NCBI GenBank assembly: GCA_003554185.1
Contig: PWFU01000107.1
Coordinates: forward strand, 2,980-66,979
DNA: 64,000 bases
Direction of reading: 5' to 3'
From: Candidatus Dojkabacteria bacterium
GTDB taxonomy: Bacteria > Patescibacteriota > Dojkabacteria > SC72 > T1SED10-24
In this document: positions 58,976 through 64,000 of the stretch, in pieces
Position numbering within the stretch: position 1 is the stretch's first letter
Layout of the letters: each line of letters starts with the position of its first letter
Translations under genes and position numbers: made by a program
Notes under the pieces: model-generated
Seen by the model: the letters and a program-made list of their open reading frames with translations, nothing else
Told to the model about the DNA's origin: nothing
The model's database searches: none

Positions 58976-59380
58976 ATGAAAAAGACGATTTACGAGTTTA
59001 TAATCTATGTTTTTTGTTTCTCATTCGTGGGATTGTTTTTCCAAGCTTTGGATTTACCAGATGAGATTATCCCCTTGGCACTAGTCCTTTTAATTGTAGG
59101 TTTTGGGATGGTTTTTTCTAAACATTTATTGAAATTCTTAACAGTTAAAGTTGTTTTTTTAACAAGATTATTAGCTGTTTTTTTAATAGTTTTTGGAATA
59201 TTCTACATCTTTTATATGTTCCTCCCTGGCTTTGATATTGATCCAATAGTTGTTCAAGAGGTGAATTGGGACTGGGTATCGATAAAGGAGTTTGAATTTG
59301 ATAAAATAAGCTCTATAGCAGTTTTGGCTTTTGTTGTTGCCCTGTTATCATCGTTAGTTAAATTATTGGAAGAATCGTAA
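58976..59380 (+). CDS. Four-TM membrane protein (resembles phage holin superfamily IV/YvlD-like proteins)
   Basis: Four hydrophobic segments, KHLLKFLT, LPGF.I. Confidence 0.6.
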   Translation: MKKTIYEFIIYVFCFSFVGLFFQALDLPDEIIPLALVLLIVGFGMVFSKHLLKFLTVKVVFLTRLLAVFLIVFGIFYIFYMFLPGFDIDPIVVQEVNWDWVSIKEFEFDKISSIAVLAFVVALLSSLVKLLEES

Positions 59381-59381
59381 T

Positions 59382-59621
59382 ATGAGTCAAGAGCTTCTAA
59401 GCGGTTTATTGATTGCACAGATAATTATGGGAATACTTTTAATAACTTTTATTATGCTCCAAAATCGTACTGAGGGTATGGGACAGTTATTTGGTGGAGG
59501 TGGTGGTGGAGAACACTTTAGAACACGTCGTGGAGTAGAGTCTTTTCTTTACTATGCTACTATCGTTTTAATTGTTGCTTTTGCAATCAATTCCTTTGTT
59601 ATAGTTAAGTATTCTGGCTAA
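59382..59621 (+). CDS. secG: Preprotein translocase subunit SecG
   Basis: Two TM helices, IMLQ...G.G.LFGG...TRRGVESFL...T. Confidence 0.92.
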   Translation: MSQELLSGLLIAQIIMGILLITFIMLQNRTEGMGQLFGGGGGGEHFRTRRGVESFLYYATIVLIVAFAINSFVIVKYSG

Positions 59622-59632
59622 TCTCTTGATAT

Positions 59633-61300
59633 ATGAAGAATATTTTTTCAAAGTTACAGATTAGAGAATTCTTTTGGAATTATCCAAAATTTCTTTTTAA
59701 TATAATACGTTTTACTAACCCCCTATTTACTGTATTAATAGCATTTTTCTTAGCTTACTTCTCTTTTGTTTTTTTGACATCTGCTACGGGAGGAAACATT
59801 CTAGATCCAAAGGATGAAAATAAGGTGGTTGAAGGGACAGTTGGTAGCATGACTTCTACAAATCCTATGTATTTAACTGAGAATCAAGTAGATAGAGATT
59901 TTTATAGTTTAGTCTACGACAAATTTATAGAATTGGATTCTGATGGTAAGCCCGTATCTAGTATTGCAGAAGAATGGGAAAAGAAATCAGAATTGGAATA
60001 TTTTTTTGAGATATCAGATGATTTTTTTTGGCATGATGGTAAGAGGCTTACAGCCGAAGACGTGATTTGGAATTTTGAAGTATCTATACGTTTAGCTCAG
60101 GATTATGGTCAAGAAACTTATGGTTCGGCATTGGAAGGTGTGGAAGTAGAAAAAGTTGGTAAAAATGAAATAGAGTTTACCTTAGAAGAACCAAATGCAA
60201 CGTTTTGGGAAGCAATCTCGGAATATATGATTCCAAAACACATATACGAAGGATACTCATTAGGAAATTTTTCTAGAACTAAGGGTTTGGCTAATCCTGT
60301 GGGATCAGGGAAATTCTCAGTAGATGCGATTTTAAGTGATGGTTTTAGATTAAATGCAAGAGAAGATGATTTTGAAATAGAGGAATATGAATATCTTTTT
60401 TTCGAGGATTATGATGAATTAGGTCTTGCAGTTAAGAATAATAAGTTGGATTTAATTAGTAATGTTGATATTTACGAGTTAGATTATTTGGATGAATATC
60501 CGTTTTTTAATGTAGAGAGTTCTGTGTTGTACAGAAGGAACAAAATGATTTATTTTAATAACAGGAAGAGTGCTTTTGAGGATTCGGAAATTAGACGAGC
60601 AGTATCTTGGTTAGTGGATAAAGATAGTTTGTTAGAAAAATCTCGGGTTTATGGTGAGCCTTCTAAAGGTCCTATACCAAAAACATCCTGGGCTTTTAGT
60701 GAAGAATTGGAGGCTCAAAATTATAATCCTAAAGAAGCGAAAGAACTATTAGAAGAACTCGGTTATAAACGTGATGGTCAATATTATACAACCGAAGATG
60801 AGAGGATTCTTTCTTTAGAGCTTAAATTTTTGGACACTGATATTAACAACAGACTTGTTTATACTCTTCAGGATTTATTAGAAGATGAAGGTGTATTATT
60901 AAACTTGGTTCCTTTAACTTATGACCAGTTGATGAGGGAAGTTTTACCTAGAAGGGATTTTGATCTTTTGTTAAATGAGATTGAGTTAACTGTGGATCCT
61001 GATCAGTATAATTTGTGGCATTCCATGAGGATAGATCATCCACATTTAAATATTTCGGGATATGAATATTCAAGGGTTGATATATTGCTTGAAAACGCTA
61101 GAACTGAATTTGATCGTGAAGAAAGAAAAGAGGATTATGAGCTTTTTCACAGATATGTTGTTGATGATTCTCCTGCTATTTTTCTATATCATCCTGAAAA
61201 ATATTTCGTATCAAGAGATGGATTGGAGGCATACGACCTAGATAATCTAGTTATACCTTGTGATAGATTTGATAATATTCAAGATTGGCGTTGGGATTAA
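59633..61300 (+). CDS. ABC transporter peptide-binding protein (SBP family 5)
   Basis: NP, WHDG..LTAEDV, PVGSG.F, IRRAV, WHS, N.SGY...VD.LLE.AR, PAIFLY. Confidence 0.9.
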   Translation: MKNIFSKLQIREFFWNYPKFLFNIIRFTNPLFTVLIAFFLAYFSFVFLTSATGGNILDPKDENKVVEGTVGSMTSTNPMYLTENQVDRDFYSLVYDKFIELDSDGKPVSSIAEEWEKKSELEYFFEISDDFFWHDGKRLTAEDVIWNFEVSIRLAQDYGQETYGSALEGVEVEKVGKNEIEFTLEEPNATFWEAISEYMIPKHIYEGYSLGNFSRTKGLANPVGSGKFSVDAILSDGFRLNAREDDFEIEEYEYLFFEDYDELGLAVKNNKLDLISNVDIYELDYLDEYPFFNVESSVLYRRNKMIYFNNRKSAFEDSEIRRAVSWLVDKDSLLEKSRVYGEPSKGPIPKTSWAFSEELEAQNYNPKEAKELLEELGYKRDGQYYTTEDERILSLELKFLDTDINNRLVYTLQDLLEDEGVLLNLVPLTYDQLMREVLPRRDFDLLLNEIELTVDPDQYNLWHSMRIDHPHLNISGYEYSRVDILLENARTEFDREERKEDYELFHRYVVDDSPAIFLYHPEKYFVSRDGLEAYDLDNLVIPCDRFDNIQDWRWD

Positions 61301-62640
61301 TCAGTCTTTTTGTCCTTTTTCTTGCCCTTTGCCTTGCCCCTCTTACTTTTAGGCTTATGTTCTTCATACTCCTCCAAAAATTCTTCTCTGGATAATGTCA
61401 TAGATTTCTCTACATTTTTTGCTTTAGAAGACATACCTTTCCTTTCTTTCTTTTTTTTGCCTTTTAAAGCCTTGAATTTATCTTTAAGCTTCTCTGGATT
61501 AATACCATCATCTTTTTCCTCAGTATTCTCTTCTTTTTCCTGCTCAGTTTCTGTATCATCTTTCTCCGTTTCTTGTATCTCTTCGGATTCATCTTCTGGT
61601 TTTTGTATTTCGTCTTCTTCATCGAAAAATTGTTTTTCAAAATCGCTATCTTCTTCCTCTTCTTCTGTTTCTTCTGTAGCGCTTTTGCCTTGTCTTTCTC
61701 TCAAATCTTGTAATTTATTTCGTTTAGATGATTTATTAAGAGCTTGTTTAAAAACTTTTTTAGATTTTCTCTGTATTAATTTATTTATTACAGAGAAAAT
61801 TATTATTCCAAGAACAAGGCCAATAGCTAAAGTTGATACGAGTGCAATGAACAGATCCCTATTTGAAGTTAAATTATTTATTGTCCCTGGGATATCTCTT
61901 AGGTCTATTTGTTCTAAGGAAAAAGCTACACTATCTTGGTCTTCCAAATCTTTTTCTTCTATTGGTGATGTTCTATCTACTCTAAAAACCAAAGGTTCCG
62001 AATACTGGCTACTATATCCTCTACTCCTGGTTATTGCTATTACTGTATATACACCATCATCTATCTCATTTGAGAATTCCTTCTCCCATTCTCCTTGATG
62101 ATCTACATTAGTAACCACTCTTTCATTGTAAGTTTCGTTTGTAATAAAGATTTCGACTTGAGAATTTGGTAGTGCACTCCCCGAGATTTTTGCTCCTTCT
62201 TCTGTTATTTCTGGTGGCTTTATTTTAGGTGCTCTTGGAATTACGGTTATAGTTCTTTCTATTTTTCTTTCGGTATTATCTTCGTCATGAAACTTAAATA
62301 TCAAATTATGTCTTCCTAAACTGAGTGATGGTAGATTATATGGGCTTTCAATTTCTTTAAAGTCATCACCATCTATTTCAATATATACATTTTCTTCTTC
62401 TGATGGATTTCTAAATGTTATGACGTGGTTCGGGTTGTCAGTAACTTCGGGTATATCTAGGAGTAATTGTTCTTCGACTTCTTTTCTTCTGTCTTCTTCT
62501 ATACTATCTAACTCGCCTCGCACATCTCTAATATCTTCATCATCACTGTCGTCTTCGTCTGCATGTAGAACAAATGGAATTGCTAAAAGTGATAGTAGCA
62601 AAACAATAGTTACAGATGTTTTAAGCAGTTTATTCTTCAT
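61297..62640 (-). CDS. Membrane protein with Ig-like extracellular domains and charged cytoplasmic tail
   Basis: Signal peptide, ISGSALPNSQVEI...GEW...DGVYTV (Ig-like), TM, E/K-rich tail. Confidence 0.75.
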   Translation of the reverse strand: MKNKLLKTSVTIVLLLSLLAIPFVLHADEDDSDDEDIRDVRGELDSIEEDRRKEVEEQLLLDIPEVTDNPNHVITFRNPSEEENVYIEIDGDDFKEIESPYNLPSLSLGRHNLIFKFHDEDNTERKIERTITVIPRAPKIKPPEITEEGAKISGSALPNSQVEIFITNETYNERVVTNVDHQGEWEKEFSNEIDDGVYTVIAITRSRGYSSQYSEPLVFRVDRTSPIEEKDLEDQDSVAFSLEQIDLRDIPGTINNLTSNRDLFIALVSTLAIGLVLGIIIFSVINKLIQRKSKKVFKQALNKSSKRNKLQDLRERQGKSATEETEEEEEDSDFEKQFFDEEDEIQKPEDESEEIQETEKDDTETEQEKEENTEEKDDGINPEKLKDKFKALKGKKKKERKGMSSKAKNVEKSMTLSREEFLEEYEEHKPKSKRGKAKGKKKDKKTD

Positions 62641-62666
62641 TTTATTTTTTCTTTAAATTATTTTTT

Positions 62667-63998
62667 CTATTCTATACTAACCTGTATGTTATCAGATACA
62701 TACGTATCTACAACATTGTATACTAAGTAATTATCTTTGTAAAATATATGATTAATGATCATTCCATTATCTTGTGAAGCTAAAAAGTTCCCTAGCTCAT
62801 AGAATATTATTCCATCTTCATAATACTCTATATCTCCCTTATTTTTTGAATATACTCCTGTAACTATATCTGCCCCTTGGTCAATAGCTGTTTTTGCATA
62901 TTCTTCTTGCTGTTCTTCGAGGTGCATTTCAACAAATATATAATCTGCATTTTCTTTTGCTCTTGCTATATCTCGTTCCAAAATGCTTTCACTTATTGTT
63001 GTATTTCCTCCCCTATTTTCATTTGACCAATATATTTCGGGTGGTGTATTAGTGTATCCCAAAAAAGCGATTTTAATATTTCCAAGTTCTAGTATTCTTG
63101 GTCTATGAGCGTCTTGAAGTGTTCTACCTGCTCCAAAATATTTAATATCATTTTCTGTGTATAGGTCCAGGGTGTTTCTAAATTCTTCTCCTCCATAGTC
63201 TACAATGTGATTTCCTGTCATTCCAACTATATCTATATTTGCATAATTTAGCAGTTCTATTGTTTCAATTGGGCTACAAAGATTGTTAGAGTCTTCTTGA
63301 GGGCAATTTTGTAATATTGATGTTTTATTACTTATGTGTGCAATATCTGCTTCTTTTAGAATGTCTGCTACAGATCCTAAAATATGTTCATGTCCTTTTT
63401 CCTTCAGCACACTGTGTTGTTCTCCTGTTCCTATTTTAGATGTTCCTGTGATAACGATATTTGATATTTTTTCTGGTTTGTATTTTCCCTTACTTAGGTT
63501 TTCTTCAAGTTGTTTTTTAACTTTTTCTCTTACAGAATTTTCTCCTTCAGAGATGTAAAATGAGTCCGACAATCTATACGCCAACTCATTTATATCTTCA
63601 TCCAAGGGAGTCCTATCTGATACAGACACTACTTTGTACTCAGGTTTTACTTTTTCAAATGGTACTATTGCTATACTTTCTTCATCCATTACTTTTTCCT
63701 TGATTCTTTCTTGTGTGTATTTTGGATATCCTACTCCCATTTCGAATCTGGTTTTTAAAAATTTTTCAGTTTCTGAGTCCCAAATTAATTCCTTTTCCTC
63801 AAATTTTCCTTCTTTAACTGCTTGTTCTAAATTCTCTGAAGAGATGTTTTTCAATTCTGAATTGTATTTTGTTACTAATGCAAACATTTCTGTCCACATT
63901 CTTTCATACTCTGAGATGTCTTTTGTGTTTCTTTCAATAATGACACTACACTCTTCACCCTTGTATCCAACTTCCATATCTACTTCTAGTTTTTCAAT
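62667..63998 (-). CDS. CapA/PGA_cap-family metallophosphoesterase-like protein (5'-truncated by window end)
   Basis: ADIA, GNHIVDYG, YFGAG, IAFLGY, GADIV.G, Y.LGNF; frame is open to the window edge. Confidence 0.8.
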   Translation of the reverse strand: MEKLEVDMEVGYKGEECSVIIERNTKDISEYERMWTEMFALVTKYNSELKNISSENLEQAVKEGKFEEKELIWDSETEKFLKTRFEMGVGYPKYTQERIKEKVMDEESIAIVPFEKVKPEYKVVSVSDRTPLDEDINELAYRLSDSFYISEGENSVREKVKKQLEENLSKGKYKPEKISNIVITGTSKIGTGEQHSVLKEKGHEHILGSVADILKEADIAHISNKTSILQNCPQEDSNNLCSPIETIELLNYANIDIVGMTGNHIVDYGGEEFRNTLDLYTENDIKYFGAGRTLQDAHRPRILELGNIKIAFLGYTNTPPEIYWSNENRGGNTTISESILERDIARAKENADYIFVEMHLEEQQEEYAKTAIDQGADIVTGVYSKNKGDIEYYEDGIIFYELGNFLASQDNGMIINHIFYKDNYLVYNVVDTYVSDNIQVSIE

Positions 63999-64000
63999 TT

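Noticed and set aside
58660-59380. Prophage or island at the tRNA genes with a holin-like gene
   Set aside because: No integrase, att duplication or phage genes; the four-TM gene is coupled to secG.
61310-62098. 262-aa + strand ORF and the many other short antisense ORFs in the track
   Set aside because: Ser/Phe/Leu-rich shadows of Lys/Glu-rich genes on the opposite strand, with no motifs.
1-64000. Alternative genetic code (TGA=Gly as in Gracilibacteria/Absconditabacteria, or TAA recoding)
   Set aside because: Genes are full length under code 11, hisS and truB end in TGA at the expected place, and TAA terminates most genes; only pheT has an internal stop.

Overview
AT-rich, gene-dense bacterial chromosome segment with the standard genetic code (several genes end in TGA). 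Gene content and protein style suggest a Patescibacteria/CPR genome, possibly Dojkabacteria/Microgenomates-like; this is inference, not a computed placement. It holds translation genes (hisS, pheT/pheS, rplT, rpmI, infC, thrS, tyrS, RNA-modification enzymes, tRNA-Leu and tRNA-Cys), recG, clpC, secG, metK and an extended, dispersed cell-wall/division region (class A PBP, VanY-like peptidase, ftsI, ftsL, rsmH, mraZ, murA, murB, Mpl/MurC-like, murE, murF, FemABX, mraY, mltG, murG, ftsW). I saw no mobile element, CRISPR array or rRNA. The most interesting signal is a set of non-standard enzymes embedded in the mur genes: an ATE/Bpt-type tRNA-dependent transferase coupled to an Mpl-like ligase, a PLP fold-II enzyme + ATP-grasp ligase + NlpC/P60 run leading into mraY, an alpha/beta hydrolase-murF-FemABX operon, and a nearby LysW-like zinc-ribbon protein missing from the ORF track. 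Together these may form an undescribed peptidoglycan-precursor tailoring or recycling system. Other points: about 15 genes have a -10 box only 4-8 nt before the start codon (leaderless architecture); pheT has an in-frame TAA; RlmN has a broken CxxxCxxC motif; there is a split sensor/kinase system and a pseudo-kinase.
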